From Nannocystis bainbridge (GTDB lineage Bacteria; Myxococcota_A; Polyangia; Nannocystales; Nannocystaceae): a stretch of 64,000 nt of DNA. Each line of letters opens with the position of its first letter. Position 1 is the stretch's first letter. The notes beneath the pieces are model-generated. The model did not search any database. It was not told the DNA's origin and saw only the letters and a program-made list of their open reading frames with translations. Below, piece after piece: positions 1-11,005 of the stretch. The translations under genes and the position numbers were made by a program. Location of the stretch: the NCBI RefSeq assembly GCF_028368995.1, contig NZ_JAQNDL010000003.1, forward strand, positions 1,696,001 through 1,760,000, written 5' to 3'.

Positions 1-1145
1 GCCGTCCACGCGTGGTCCTCGTCGTCGCCGCCGAGCGTGTCGATGTCGATCCGCAGGTCCTCGACCCCGACCTCGGTCACCAGCCCCGCGCGGTCGGCCC
101 TGTACACGTACGCCTGCGACAGCGCGCGATCGAGGTGGTTGAACACCGGCGCGTCGACCGTCAACGCCGGCCCGTCGATCGCCATGACCTGCCGCTTGAA
201 CACCAGCGGCTGCGAATCGACAGTCCACGGCCCGTCGGCCCCGGTGCCGCCGTGGTCGACCGCGGCCAGCCACGCCTCGGTGCACGGGTGCACGATCACC
301 ACGTGATCGCCGACCGCGTAGAGCGACGGGTCGGCGACCTCGAAGGTCCGCGCCCCGACCGGCACCCGCGCGCTGACGATGTCGCTGCGGCTGTTCGGAA
401 GCTCGGGCTGCCAGCGATCGTTGTCCCCGCTGCCGACCACCAGCACCGGGCGCTGGTGCGGCTCGTCGCCGATCGCCCGCAAGATCGTGCTGGTCGCCGG
501 ATCGTCGCCGTCGCCCGCGCCGCGCAGCACCACCCCGCTGTGCCGCAGTCGCACGGTGCCGTGGATCTCGTACTCGCCGGGTCCCAGCAGCACCGCGCCG
601 CGCAGGCCGTCGACCCCGGCCGGCATCGCCCCGAGCTCGTCGATCGCCTGCTGCAGATGCTCGGTGTTGTCGCCGGCGACCGGGCCGATGCCGAGCACCG
701 TCGGCACGTCGGGGATCGGCGCTTCGCTGCGGTGATAGCCGGCGTAGCTGAAGTCGGCGATCCGGTTGTCCTGCTCGTCGGCGACGTAGGTCAGCGCGTC
801 GTCCTCGACCGGCACGATCTGCGAGGTCCAGCTGCCCGGCGGCTGCGCGAGCGGCGGAGGACACTGCGCGGCGCCGGTGGTGCTGTCGTCGCCGGTGCTG
901 CTGTCCGTCGCCGCGCCGCCGAGGTCGGGCGCGGGCGCTCCGGTCGACGTGCCAGTGATCGTGACGACGCCATCGGTCGGGTCGGTGCCGGTGGTCGGCG
1001 CGCCGCCGGTGCCCGTCGTCCCGGTGGTCGTCGTCGTCGTCTCGCCGCCGCTGGTGCCGGTGGTCGCGCCGCCGCCCGCAGGACAGGCGGTGACCGCCGT
1101 GAGGAGGATGCCGCCCAACACAGCGCCGCGGACCGGGATCGTCAT
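1..1145 (-). CDS. Secreted lipoprotein with Thr/Gly-rich linker and pectate-lyase-like (beta-helix) domain; runs off the window
   Basis: ATG at 1145 reads MTIPVRGAVLGGILLTAVTAC (lipobox-like), then a T/G/D-rich linker, then DFSYAGY...DNTEHLQQAID...GAVLLGPGEY...SGVVLRGAG, typical of pectate_lyase_3-like N-termini. Absent from the ORF track because there is no stop in the window. Confidence 0.75.
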   Translation of the reverse strand, partial: MTIPVRGAVLGGILLTAVTACPAGGGATTGTSGGETTTTTTGTTGTGGAPTTGTDPTDGVVTITGTSTGAPAPDLGGAATDSSTGDDSTTGAAQCPPPLAQPPGSWTSQIVPVEDDALTYVADEQDNRIADFSYAGYHRSEAPIPDVPTVLGIGPVAGDNTEHLQQAIDELGAMPAGVDGLRGAVLLGPGEYEIHGTVRLRHSGVVLRGAGDGDDPATSTILRAIGDEPHQRPVLVVGSGDNDRWQPELPNSRSDIVSARVPVGARTFEVADPSLYAVGDHVVIVHPCTEAWLAAVDHGGTGADGPWTVDSQPLVFKRQVMAIDGPALTVDAPVFNHLDRALSQAYVYRADRAGLVTEVGVEDLRIDIDTLGGDDEDHAWT

Positions 1146-3099
1146 TGGTAGATCCTACCCTTCCTCTGCTTGAGCCGGAGGAAGGGCAGGACCCCCGTTC
1201 AAACCGTGCATGCGGATTTCCCGCACACGGCTTACCGGTGGTCTCTCGAGCCGCCGCATTACGCGGCCTCCGGGTACTGCACGGTCCCCCGTAGACGGTG
1301 GAGACCGTGGTTGTGGAAGAAGTCGCGCGTCCAGCTCTCGACCTCACCTGCGCGGAGGTGCCGGCCCTTGCGCCTCATCATGAAGCGACGAAGGCGAGAC
1401 CACACGTAGGTGTCGATCCGGTTGAATTTCACGGCGGCGTTCCCGGTGCGGAAGTAGTTACCCCAGCCACGCAGCACCGGGTTGATGTCACGGATGATCA
1501 CCCGCACATCTTTGGCCCCGTTGCGGTTCGAGCCGGTCAGCTCCTTCACGCGCTGCCGCGCCCGCGTCATGCTACGCGTCGAGGGCCAGCGCTGGAGGAA
1601 GTACACCCTGCGATGTTCCTTCTCCCAGATCGGCCCGGACATGCGCTTGCGCAGGTGGCAGCCGAGGAAGTCGAAGCCTTGCCGTCCCCAGCTCAGCTCG
1701 ACTCGCCTCGTCTTCTCGGGATGCAGTTCCAGCTTGAGACGCCGCAGGATCTCGCGGACCCTGACCTCGGCCTCCTCGCACGCCTTCCTGGTCCCGCACA
1801 GGATCACGAAGTCGTCGCAGTAGCGCACGAGCTCGCCCAGATGGGCGTGCCGTCGCTGCCACAGCTTGTCGAGGACGCCGAGGTAGATGTTCGACAGCAG
1901 CGGTGAGATCACGCCGCCCTGGGGTGTCCCCGAGAGCATCGCCGTCACCTGGCCGTCTTCCATCACGCCGGCTTCGAGCCATTGCCGCACCAGCTTGAGG
2001 ACCCTTCGATCCGAGATCCGCATCTCGACGAGCTTCATCAGTCGCTCGTGATCGATGCTGCCGAAGTAGTCGCGGATGTCGGCGTCGAGCACATGGTTCC
2101 CACCTCGAGCTCCCAGCACGCGCAGTCGCTCGAGCGCCTGCGTCGCGCTGCGCTTCGGCCGGAAGCCGTACGAGCACGGAAGGAAATCCGCCTCGAAGAT
2201 CGGCTCCAGCACCAGCTTCGCCGCCATCTGCACCACTCGGTCCCGGACTGTCGGGATCCCCAGCGGCCGCTTCTTCCCGTCCGCCTTCGGGATGTACCGC
2301 CGCATGACCGCGCTCGGTCGGTATGTCCCGCCCTTGAGTTCGTCGGCGATCTCTTCGAGGAAGCGATCGACGCCGTACTGCTCCACCTCGGCCAGCGTTT
2401 GTCTGTCGACGCCCGCTGCCCCCCTGTTCTTCTTGACCCGCCTCCATGCTTCCTTCAGGACGTCACGCCTGAAGATGCGGTCGTACAGCGCATGGAAGCG
2501 TCGACCCGGTTGCCGCTTGGCTGCGGCCCACAGTCGGCGTCGAAGTTCTCGCACTTTGTCACGCGGCCTGCGCCGCGTGGGGTGGTTGGGACCTGTCCTG
2601 CAGGCCATGCCCTCGCGCTTACCTTCTTCTCCGACACGACCACCCCAGGGGTCCTTCCCTCCGACGGCGTTGTTCTGCGCCGCCATCGCCGGTACTACGA
2701 CCCCCTCGGACTCCCGCTGCACAGCGCTCGACTTCGCCTTCGGCTTATACGAGTCGCATCGCCCCGACACGGGCCGTGCAGACGGGCCTCTCCTGTTCCG
2801 CATCGCTCCTTGAACGCGTGCTGCGCCCCATACCCCGGGAGGACCCATCGCGCTTTCTGCTCCGGATGACTGCGCGGTGGGCGTGGCCTTCGCCGTGAGA
2901 TGAGCGGCTCGGCTCCCCCATTGTTCATCTGTCGAGGCTGCAGGCTTCACTTGATGTTGCGGCCCGCGTTCTTGCTCCCTCCGCAGAGGCTCTTGACGCC
3001 CCGCTCGGGCCGCGAGAATCTCTCCTCGCGCCTGGGGCCTGCTACCGGGCGCTCCGGCGCCTACCCGGGCGGGACTTTCACCCGCTGGAACGGTGCAGC
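1144..3099 (-). mobile_element. Group II intron (IIB-like ribozyme, RT/maturase without endonuclease domain)
   Basis: Domain V AAGCCGTGTGCGGGAAATCCGCATGCACGGTTT (1233-1201, AGC triad), long domain VI hairpin ending ...CTACCAAT (1144), GGGTGAAAGTCCC motif near the 5' end and an internal RT ORF. 5' boundary most likely 3099; the alternative is the GTGCG at 3157. Confidence 0.9.
1259..2608 (-). CDS. ltrA: Group II intron reverse transcriptase/maturase
   Basis: [61 protein letters not shown] and domain X ([12 protein letters not shown]). Likely start ATG 2608 after GAGGG; the frame stays open up to 3160. Confidence 0.95.
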   Translation of the reverse strand: MACRTGPNHPTRRRPRDKVRELRRRLWAAAKRQPGRRFHALYDRIFRRDVLKEAWRRVKKNRGAAGVDRQTLAEVEQYGVDRFLEEIADELKGGTYRPSAVMRRYIPKADGKKRPLGIPTVRDRVVQMAAKLVLEPIFEADFLPCSYGFRPKRSATQALERLRVLGARGGNHVLDADIRDYFGSIDHERLMKLVEMRISDRRVLKLVRQWLEAGVMEDGQVTAMLSGTPQGGVISPLLSNIYLGVLDKLWQRRHAHLGELVRYCDDFVILCGTRKACEEAEVRVREILRRLKLELHPEKTRRVELSWGRQGFDFLGCHLRKRMSGPIWEKEHRRVYFLQRWPSTRSMTRARQRVKELTGSNRNGAKDVRVIIRDINPVLRGWGNYFRTGNAAVKFNRIDTYVWSRLRRFMMRRKGRHLRAGEVESWTRDFFHNHGLHRLRGTVQYPEAA

Positions 3100-3278
3100 A
3101 TGACGCGGCCGAGCCGCCCCCTCCGGGGCCGAGCTCGTCCGCGTCGTCAGGACGCACCATCGAGCCACGCTATCAACCGCCCCGGCGCCGAACAAGGCGC
3201 GCGCCTGCTCGCTGGCTGGGGGCGCGGGTCCGCCGAGGTCGTCACGCGCATGCCGAGGACGCACACCTCGCGCGCAAT

Positions 3279-3338
3279 CACATGTCCGATCGACCATGCT
3301 CGACACGACATGTCCTCATGGACATGTCCTAAACGACA
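3279..3338. repeat. 14-bp-phased TGTC-N6-GACA array (4 units)
   Basis: TGTC 3283, TGCT 3297, TGTC 3311, TGTC 3325; GACA at 3307, 3321, 3335. Confidence 0.85.
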
Positions 3339-3672
3339 TAAAATGCGCGAAGCCGATCCTGCACCCGGGTCGAGGTTCGGGACCGCCCGCGCGTTGGCTC
3401 CCGGTGGGACCGCCGCACCGTCCGGCCGCGCGCGAGCGGGGTCCTCGCGGATGAAATGGCGGGCAGGGGTGTGGGGTAGATCTCCGCGGCGCCAGCCCTG
3501 GGCGCCGTTCGGCGGGGTCGTTCGTTCGCCCGACAGGAGCAGGTCCGACGCAGCCCGGCAGGCCGGGTCGGGCTCGGGCTAGTATCCTTGTCACGTGCGC
3601 CGGACCGCCGCCGACCCGACCTGACGCGCGCTCCTGCGACCTCCCACCGCGCCCCCCTCGCGGCCCTCGACG

Positions 3673-6060
3673 ATGTCCCCTCCCAAGATCCCCTCCGTGG
3701 TGGTTCGCGGCCTCGAGCCCGAGGCCGCGGTCAGCTCGATCGCGCGCGACCGGCCGTCCCAGCCGCCGTGGTCGCGGATCTTGCTCGGCCTCGCGGTCGC
3801 GGGGCCGGCGCTGTGGCTCGGTGGGGTGCCGTCGATCGTGGTCCCGGGCTTCTGCGCGCTGGTGCTGGCGCTGTGGATCCGCCTGTGCACGCGCAGCGAG
3901 CAGCCGCTGCGCGTGCCGTCGGGCGCCTTCATCGGCCTGTTCGCCGCCGGGCTGACGCTGCTGCAGTGGATGCCGCTGCCGCTGTTCCTGCGCGAGCTGG
4001 TGGCCCCGGGCCTGACCGCGCGGGTCGGCGCGGCGCTGGCCGACAGCGGCGCGAGCCCGTGGCCGGGGCTGTCACCTGTCCCCGGGGACAGCGCGCTGGA
4101 GGCCGCGCGCCTGCTCGCGCTCACCGGCCTGTTCGTCGGCGCGGCCCAGCTGTCGTGGCGCGTCAGCGCCGGCCTGGTCGCGCTGGCCGGCTCGCTGGTG
4201 GCGCTGATCGGCCTGGCGCAGGCGGCGTTCGGCCTCGAGGCGATCTACGGGCTTTATCAGCCGCTGCAGGTCGACCCGACGGTCACGCCGGCGCTGCTGA
4301 CGACCTTCGTCAACGCCAACCACCAGGCCGGCCTGTTCCTGCTCGGGATCTTCAGCGCCGGCGCGCTGGCGGTGCACATGCGGCTGCAGGGCCGCACGGC
4401 CACCGACCCGGCGCTGGTCAGCCGCCTGCGCGAGCGCCGATTGGCGGCTCTGGCGGCCCTGGCGATCCAGGGCGCGGCGCTGCTGCTGTCGCTGTCGCGG
4501 GCGGCGATCGTCGCCCTGGCGATCGTCGCTCCGGTGGCGCTCATGCTCGCCTGGCGCAACGGACCTGTCCCTGTGGGCAGGTCGCGCGCGCGCGAGCCGG
4601 AGGGCCGGCTGTGGCTGCAGCGCGGCGCCCTGGCGCTCGGGCTCGGACTGCTCGCGGTGGTGGTCGCGCGCCAGGGCGCGTGGGCCGAGCTGTCGACGCT
4701 GTGGCGCGTCAACGAGGCCGAGACCAAATTTCGCATCGCCTCCGACGCGGTGGCGCTGATCGATCTGTCGCCGGTGCTCGGCGTGGGTCGCGGCGCCTTC
4801 CTCGACCTGTTCCCCGCGGTCGACTCGCGCCCGCTCGGCGTGGTCCACACCCACCTCGAGTCGGCCCCGGCGGCGATGCTCGTCGAGTGGGGCCCGGTCG
4901 GCGGCGGCCTGGTCGCGCTCGGCCTCATCTGGTGGTGGATCGCCGCCGTCTACACCACCGGCAGCGGCCGCCACGTCAGCGCCCGCCGGGTCGCCCTGTG
5001 CGGCCCGCTGGCCCTGGCGATCCACAACCTCGCCGACTTCAACCTCGAGTTCCTCGGCGTCGCCGCGCCGCTGTGCGCCCTCGCTGGCGCGCTGTCCGAG
5101 CGCCGCGGCTTCTTCCGCGCCCCGGCCCGCCCGGCCATCCTCGTCGGCGGCCTCAGCCTCGCCGGCGCGGCCGCGCTGGCGCTGTGGGCCCAGCCGTACA
5201 CCTGGCAGAACCGCACCGCCGGCGACGGGGCGATCGGCGCCGGCGACATGTCCCCCGAGGCAGCCCAGCGGATGCGCCCGCTCGACGCCTCGCTGCACAT
5301 CCTGCTGGCCCAGCGCGCGCTCGAGATCGAGGACTGGGCGCAGGCGCGGGCGCAGGCGACGGTGGCGAGCGAGCTGCAGCCGGCCAACTCCGACGCGTGG
5401 CTGCGGCGGGCCCACGCGGCGCGCGAGCTGGGCGACGCGTCCGAGTCGGCGAGCTCGCTGGCGCGGACGCTGGCGACGATGCGCCACCCGCCCGACCTCG
5501 AGCTGACGCGCTACCTGCTGGGCCGCTACCCCAACGCCGAGGAGCTGGCGCCGTTGATGCCGCAGGAGCTGGCGCCGTGGACCGCGGTGATGGAGTCGCT
5601 GATCGCCGAGGCGCCGGCCTACGCGGCGATCCTCGCCGCGGCACGCAGCCAGGTCGACGGCCGCGAGCCGCCGGTGTTGCACATGCAGGTCCGCCTGGCC
5701 CTCGCGCTCGACAACCCGTCACTCGCGCTGCACTACGCCCGCCTGCTCCGCATGCTCGCGCCGCACGAGGTCCACAGCCACCTGCTGCTGGCCCGCGCGC
5801 TCGAGAGCCAGCGGGTCCCGCGCGAGCGCGAGCTGCAGCACGACCTCGAGGAGGCGCTCGCCCAGGGCCTCGTCGCCGAGCCGGCCCACATCGCCCTGGT
5901 CGAGGAGAAGCTGCTCGGCTCGTACCTGCGCGACGGCCAGCCCGACGCCCTCGCCCGCGCCCGCGACCTGCTGCCGCGCCTGCTGGCCCGACCTGGCGAC
6001 CGCGCCGCGCTGCAGCGCCGCCACGCGCTCGAGCGGGCCCTGGCCCAAGCTGTCCGCTAG
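3673..6060 (+). CDS. O-antigen ligase (Wzy_C)-like membrane protein with C-terminal TPR-like helices
   Basis: Multiple TM segments, TFVNANHQAG, LSLSRAA, PVLGVGRGAF and HTHLES motifs; helical repeat C-terminus. Confidence 0.8.
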   Translation: MSPPKIPSVVVRGLEPEAAVSSIARDRPSQPPWSRILLGLAVAGPALWLGGVPSIVVPGFCALVLALWIRLCTRSEQPLRVPSGAFIGLFAAGLTLLQWMPLPLFLRELVAPGLTARVGAALADSGASPWPGLSPVPGDSALEAARLLALTGLFVGAAQLSWRVSAGLVALAGSLVALIGLAQAAFGLEAIYGLYQPLQVDPTVTPALLTTFVNANHQAGLFLLGIFSAGALAVHMRLQGRTATDPALVSRLRERRLAALAALAIQGAALLLSLSRAAIVALAIVAPVALMLAWRNGPVPVGRSRAREPEGRLWLQRGALALGLGLLAVVVARQGAWAELSTLWRVNEAETKFRIASDAVALIDLSPVLGVGRGAFLDLFPAVDSRPLGVVHTHLESAPAAMLVEWGPVGGGLVALGLIWWWIAAVYTTGSGRHVSARRVALCGPLALAIHNLADFNLEFLGVAAPLCALAGALSERRGFFRAPARPAILVGGLSLAGAAALALWAQPYTWQNRTAGDGAIGAGDMSPEAAQRMRPLDASLHILLAQRALEIEDWAQARAQATVASELQPANSDAWLRRAHAARELGDASESASSLARTLATMRHPPDLELTRYLLGRYPNAEELAPLMPQELAPWTAVMESLIAEAPAYAAILAAARSQVDGREPPVLHMQVRLALALDNPSLALHYARLLRMLAPHEVHSHLLLARALESQRVPRERELQHDLEEALAQGLVAEPAHIALVEEKLLGSYLRDGQPDALARARDLLPRLLARPGDRAALQRRHALERALAQAVR

Positions 6061-6098
6061 GACAGGTCGACCGCGAGGCCGATCATTGACGCAATGAA

Positions 6099-6128
6099 AT
6101 GCCTCTCAGGACATGTCCTGAGAGGCAT
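6099..6128. repeat. Perfect 30-bp palindrome made of two 14-bp units
   Basis: ATGCCTCTCAGGACA|TGTCCTGAGAGGCAT between convergent genes; a further single unit TGTC-CGCTAG-GACA at 6051-6064 overlaps the stop codon. Confidence 0.85.
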
Positions 6129-6333
6129 CTTCAAAGCGAGCGCGCCGACGATCCGGGGAGGTGTCCCGCAGGATGTCTCCACTCAGGAAACTCCGCGGGC
6201 GCAGCTGCGAGTCACCCGCTCGGGCGTTCCGGCCCGCTCGTGCCATCGCGCTGCGCGCCCGCCGAAAGCGCCGAGGGCGGCGCGATCGCTCGCACCGCCC
6301 TCGAATGTGCGGACCTTCCGGCCCGCGCGGGCC

Positions 6334-8433
6334 TCAGCCCTTCTTGTTGCCGGCGTACTTCTTGATGAGCTCGTCCTGCACCTGGCGGGGGACCGCCTCG
6401 TAGCGCTCGAACTCCATCGTGTACTCGGCCTTGCCCTGCGACATGCTGCGCAGCTCGGTCGAGTAGCCGAACATCGTCGCCAGCGGGACGTGGGCCTCGA
6501 TGACGCTGATGCCCATGCTCGACTCCGAGTTGATGATGTTGCCGCGGCGGCGGACGAGGCCGCCCTGGATGCCGCCCTGGAACTCCTCGGGCGTCTCGAC
6601 GGCGACCTTCATGATCGGCTCGAGCACCTGCGGACCGGCCTTGGGCATGGTCTCCTTGAAGGCCGCGCGGGCGGCGATCTGGAACGCCATGTCGCTCGAG
6701 TCGACCGCGTGGGCCGCACCGTCGTTGATCTCCATCTCGACGCCGACGACGGGGAAGCCGATGAGCACGCCGCGGTCGAGCGACTGCTTGAAGCCGTTGT
6801 CGCACGACGGGATGTACTCGCGCGGGATCTTGCCGCCGACGACGTTGTCGACGAAGCGGTAGGTCTTGTCCGGCGCGTCCTCGGGCAGCGGCCGCATGGC
6901 GCCGCCGATCTTCGCGTACTGACCGGAGCCGCCGGTCTGCTTCTTGTGGATGTACGTGAAGGGGACCTCTTGCGTGATGGTCTCGCGGTAGGCCACCTGC
7001 GGCTCGCCGACGGTGGTCTCGACCTGGTACTCACGCTTCATGCGCTCGATGTAGATGTCGAGGTGGAGCTCACCCATGCCCTGGATGATGGTCTCGCCCG
7101 ACTCCTCGTCGCGGTGGACGCGGAAGGTCGGATCCTCCTTCGAGAAGCGGTTGAGCGCCTTCGAGAAGTTGGCCAGGCCGTCCTTCTTGGTCGGGGTGAC
7201 GGCGTAGCTGATGACCGGCGCCGGCACGAACATCGAGCGCATCGAGTAGACGACGTCGGACCCGGTGAAGGTGTCGCCCGAGGCGCAGTCGATGCCGAAG
7301 AACGCCGCGATGTGACCCGCGCCGACCTCCTCGATGTCGACCATCTCGTCGGCGTGCATGCGCACGAGCCGGCCGACCTTGTTCTTCTTGCCCGTGCGGG
7401 TGTTGAAGATCGTGTCGCCCTTCTTGACGTGGCCCTGGTAGATGCGGATGTAGGTCAGCTGACCGTACTTGCCCTCTTCGAGCTTGAACGCCAGCGCGCA
7501 CAGCGGCGCGGCCTCTTCGCTCTTGAGGATGACCTCGGTCTCCTTGCCGTCGTTCGCGATCTGGTAGGCGACGTTCTTCACCTCGTAGGGCGCCGGCAGG
7601 TACTTGACCACGCCGTCGAGCAGGTGCTGCACGGCCTTGTTCTTGTAGGCCGAGCCGCAGAACACCGCGGTGAAGTTGAGCGACAGGGTCGCCTTGCGCA
7701 GCACCGGCACGATCTCCTCGGCGGTGACGTTGGCGCCGTCCTCGGCGAGGAAGCGCTCCATCAGGCCGTCGTCGAAGTCGCCGAGCGCCTCGACCAGCTT
7801 CAGGCGGTACTCCTCGACCGCCTCCTTCAGGTGGTCGGGGCACGGCTCGCGGCGGATGTTCTCGCCGTTGTCGCCGTCGAAGTACAGCGCGTCACGGGTG
7901 AGCAGGTCGACGACGCCCTCGAAGTGGTCCTCGGCGCCGATCGGGTAGGTGACGAGGTGCGCGTTGTGACGCAGCTTCTCGCGCAGCTGGCGGGTGACCT
8001 TGAACGGGTCGGCGCCGGAGCGGTCCATCTTGTTGATGAACGCCAGCCGCGGCACGTTGTAGCGCTTCATCTGGCGGTCGACCGTGATCGACTGCGACTG
8101 CACGCCGGCGACCGAGCACAGCACCAGGATGGCGCCGTCGAGGACGCTGAGGGCGCGCTCGACCTCGATCGTGAAGTCGACGTGTCCGGGGGTGTCGATC
8201 AGGTTGAGGAAGTGGTCTTTCCACTCGAGGTAGGTGGCAGCCGACTGGATCGTGATGCCCTTCTCGCGCTCGAGGTCCATCGAGTCCATCGTCGCGCCGA
8301 CGCCCGACTTGCCCTTGACCTCCTCGATCTTGTGGATCTTCCCCGAATAGAACAGGATGCGCTCCGAGAGCGTCGTCTTGCCGGAGTCGATGTGCGCGGA
8401 GATCCCGATGTTTCGGACCTTTGCGAGTTCCAT
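6334..8433 (-). CDS. fusA: Elongation factor G (stand-alone copy, spdEFG1/mtEFG1-like)
   Basis: [55 protein letters not shown]; start MELAKV at 8433. Confidence 0.97.
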   Translation of the reverse strand: MELAKVRNIGISAHIDSGKTTLSERILFYSGKIHKIEEVKGKSGVGATMDSMDLEREKGITIQSAATYLEWKDHFLNLIDTPGHVDFTIEVERALSVLDGAILVLCSVAGVQSQSITVDRQMKRYNVPRLAFINKMDRSGADPFKVTRQLREKLRHNAHLVTYPIGAEDHFEGVVDLLTRDALYFDGDNGENIRREPCPDHLKEAVEEYRLKLVEALGDFDDGLMERFLAEDGANVTAEEIVPVLRKATLSLNFTAVFCGSAYKNKAVQHLLDGVVKYLPAPYEVKNVAYQIANDGKETEVILKSEEAAPLCALAFKLEEGKYGQLTYIRIYQGHVKKGDTIFNTRTGKKNKVGRLVRMHADEMVDIEEVGAGHIAAFFGIDCASGDTFTGSDVVYSMRSMFVPAPVISYAVTPTKKDGLANFSKALNRFSKEDPTFRVHRDEESGETIIQGMGELHLDIYIERMKREYQVETTVGEPQVAYRETITQEVPFTYIHKKQTGGSGQYAKIGGAMRPLPEDAPDKTYRFVDNVVGGKIPREYIPSCDNGFKQSLDRGVLIGFPVVGVEMEINDGAAHAVDSSDMAFQIAARAAFKETMPKAGPQVLEPIMKVAVETPEEFQGGIQGGLVRRRGNIINSESSMGISVIEAHVPLATMFGYSTELRSMSQGKAEYTMEFERYEAVPRQVQDELIKKYAGNKKG

Positions 8434-8735
8434 GGTAGTGCTCTGCTGACCTTGCCGATGACGAGTGCAGGGGTCGGGGTCCGGGTGTCCCGGCAAAAGG
8501 GAGCGGAGTGAACTCCGCCGCCCGGCCCTCCGAGCCTGTTGTGCTGCTCAACCCCGCAAACCTCGGACCTGGATGGCCTCGGCCGGGGGGGTTGAAGTTT
8601 TGCCCTGGAGCCCGAAAGACAACCCCTTGGGGTGCTTTTGAGCGCGCGGAGCATGCCACAAGGTGCCCCGCTTGGCCGCTGGAGGCGGCTCGGCGGGGCG
8701 TGATCGTCCGCACCCGCCTCGCGCGCCTCGGGCGC

Positions 8736-10754
8736 CTAGGGGAGCTCCAGCCAGCGCTTGACCACCGCGGCCGGCGTGAAGCCGAACCGTTCGGCGAGCA
8801 GCTTGCCCGGGGCGCTGGCGCCGTAGTGGTCCAGGCCGTGCTGGTGGGCCGCGAACCGGGCCCACCCGAACGTGGTCCCCGCCTCCACTGACAGGCGGCG
8901 CGAGATCTCGGGCGGCAGGACGCTGTCCTGGTAGGCCTTCGGCTGGGCGAGGAAAGCCTCCCAGCACGGCATCGAGACCACCCGCACGCGCTTCCCGTGG
9001 TCCTTGTGCAGCGTCTGCGCCGCGTCCAGCGCAGTCGCGACCTCGGAGCCGGTCGCCACCAGGATGCCGTCGAGCTCGCCCTCGGGCTGCCACAGCACGT
9101 ACGCGCCTTCGTCGATCGCCTCGCGCGTCTCGGCCATGATCGGCAGGTCCTGGCGCGTCAGCAGGATCGCCGTGGCGCCCTCGCCGTGCCCGCGCTGCAG
9201 CGCCAGCCGCCACGCCGCCGCGGTCTCGCGCGCGTCCGCGGGCCGGACGACGTACAGGTCGGGGATCAGCCGCAGGCTCATCAGCTGCTCGATGGGCTGG
9301 TGGGTCGGCCCGTCCTCGCCGACCCAGAAGCTGTCGTGGCTGAACACGTAGACCACCGGCGCCTTCATCAGCGACGACAGCCGCAGCGCCCCGCGCAGGA
9401 AGTCCGAGAACACCAGGAAGGTCGCGCCGTAGGCCCGCACGCCGCCGTGCAGCGCGAGGCCGTTGCAGATGCCGGCCATGCCGTGCTCGCGCACGCCGAA
9501 GTGCAGCACGCGCCCGTCGGGCTGGGTCTTGCTCTGGGACGGCAGCTTGAGCTCGACGCCGTTCGAGCCGGCGAGGTCGGCGGAGCCGCCGAGGAGCGTC
9601 GGGTGGGCCTTGACCAGCGCCTCGAGGATCTTCTGTCCGGCCTTGCGGGTGGCGACCGCGCCGCCCGGCTTGAAGCTCGGGATCGCGCTGAGCACCTCGG
9701 CCGGGACGACATCGCTCTGCAGCGCCTCGAACTGGGCCGCGAGCTTCGGGTGGGCCTTGCGGTAGGCGTCGAACTTGGCCTCCCACGCGGTGCGCTGCTC
9801 GCCGAGCGCGCGCCGCTGCTGGGCCAGCGCGTCGCGGATCTCGTCGGGCACGCGGAACGACTGGTCGTCGGGCCAGCCCATCGCCTTTTTGGTCGCCACG
9901 ATCTCGGCGTCGCCGAGCGGCGCGCCGTGAGCCCCGTGGGTGCCGGCCTTGTTGGGGCTGCCGGCGGCGATGACCGTACGGCAGGCGATCAGGCTCGGCC
10001 GCGTGGTCTCGCCGCGGGCGAGCACCAGCGCCGCCTCGACCTGCGCCGCGTCGGCGCCGTCGATGCGCTGCACGTGCCAGCCATACGCGGCGAAGCGTCC
10101 CAGGACGTCTTCGGTGAACGCGAGGTCGGTCGAGCCGTCGATCGAGATCTTGTTATCGTCATACAGGAACACCAGCTTGCCGAGGCCGAGGTGGCCGGCC
10201 AGGCTCGCGGCCTCCGAGGCGATCCCCTCCATCAGATCGCCGTCGCTGCAGATCCCGTAGGTGAAGTGATCGACGATGTCGTGTCCCGGCTGGTTGTAGG
10301 TCGCGGCCAGGAAGCGCTCCGCCAGCGCCATGCCGACCGCCGCCGCGAAGCCGGTGCCGAGCGGACCGGTCGTCACCTCGACGCCGACGGTATGTCCGTA
10401 CTCCGGATGCCCCGGGGTCTTGCTGCCCCACTGACGAAACTGCTTCAGCTCGTCGAGCGGCAGATCGTAACCGGTGAGGTGCAGCAGCGCGTACAGCAGC
10501 ATCGACCCGTGGCCGGCGCTCAGCACGAAACGATCGCGGTCGGGCCAACGCGGGTGCTCGGGGTCGTGGACGAGGAATCGCGTCCATAGCACCGAGGCCA
10601 TCACCGCCGCGCCCATCGGCATCCCCGGGTGGCCCGAGTTCGCCTTCTGCACGGCGTCGATGGCGAGGGTCTTGATCGTGTCGACGAGCAGCCCGGAGAG
10701 GCGGGCATCGGGGCTCGTGGTCGCAGGGAACTCGCGGGGCGGCACGGCAGGCAT
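8736..10754 (-). CDS. tkt: Transketolase
   Basis: [55 protein letters not shown]. Confidence 0.97.
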   Translation of the reverse strand: MPAVPPREFPATTSPDARLSGLLVDTIKTLAIDAVQKANSGHPGMPMGAAVMASVLWTRFLVHDPEHPRWPDRDRFVLSAGHGSMLLYALLHLTGYDLPLDELKQFRQWGSKTPGHPEYGHTVGVEVTTGPLGTGFAAAVGMALAERFLAATYNQPGHDIVDHFTYGICSDGDLMEGIASEAASLAGHLGLGKLVFLYDDNKISIDGSTDLAFTEDVLGRFAAYGWHVQRIDGADAAQVEAALVLARGETTRPSLIACRTVIAAGSPNKAGTHGAHGAPLGDAEIVATKKAMGWPDDQSFRVPDEIRDALAQQRRALGEQRTAWEAKFDAYRKAHPKLAAQFEALQSDVVPAEVLSAIPSFKPGGAVATRKAGQKILEALVKAHPTLLGGSADLAGSNGVELKLPSQSKTQPDGRVLHFGVREHGMAGICNGLALHGGVRAYGATFLVFSDFLRGALRLSSLMKAPVVYVFSHDSFWVGEDGPTHQPIEQLMSLRLIPDLYVVRPADARETAAAWRLALQRGHGEGATAILLTRQDLPIMAETREAIDEGAYVLWQPEGELDGILVATGSEVATALDAAQTLHKDHGKRVRVVSMPCWEAFLAQPKAYQDSVLPPEISRRLSVEAGTTFGWARFAAHQHGLDHYGASAPGKLLAERFGFTPAAVVKRWLELP

Positions 10755-11005
10755 GCTCGGGTGCCTATCACGATTGCGACGGCGGGGACCGACCAGGCCG
10801 CGGGGCGGCGACGTGACCGAACGCGGGAACTGCGGACGACGCCGGCGAATCTACCGCATGGCCCGCGAAGTTCGACTCGCGCGGACGCAAACACGGGACC
10901 CGCCGGACGACCGATGGTCCGGACAACTTACGGAACAGCAATGGCGGACCCGGCGCAGCCTCGACCGCGAACGGCAGGCGAAGGCTGACGCCGGAAGTCG
11001 ATTGC

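Noticed and set aside
2591-2612. GACC-TGTC-CTGCAG-GCCA-TGCC at the RT start resembling the 14-bp motif
   Set aside because: Degenerate single match inside a mobile element; may be chance.
3380-3580. GC-rich hairpins upstream of the O-antigen ligase-like gene as REP or ncRNA
   Set aside because: No second copy seen in the window, and hairpins are expected at this GC content.
6094-8511. Long antisense/alternate-frame ORFs (6094-8511+, 12422-13834+, 35924-39853-, 55609-59319+, 3588-6089+, 21137-24235+ and others)
   Set aside because: Shadow ORFs of real genes caused by high GC3; they are R/A/G/P-rich or mirror-codon products without motifs.
8434-8735. Structured leader upstream of fusA
   Set aside because: Some hairpin potential but no recognisable RNA family; the 21-aa N-terminal extension in the ORF track is probably not translated.
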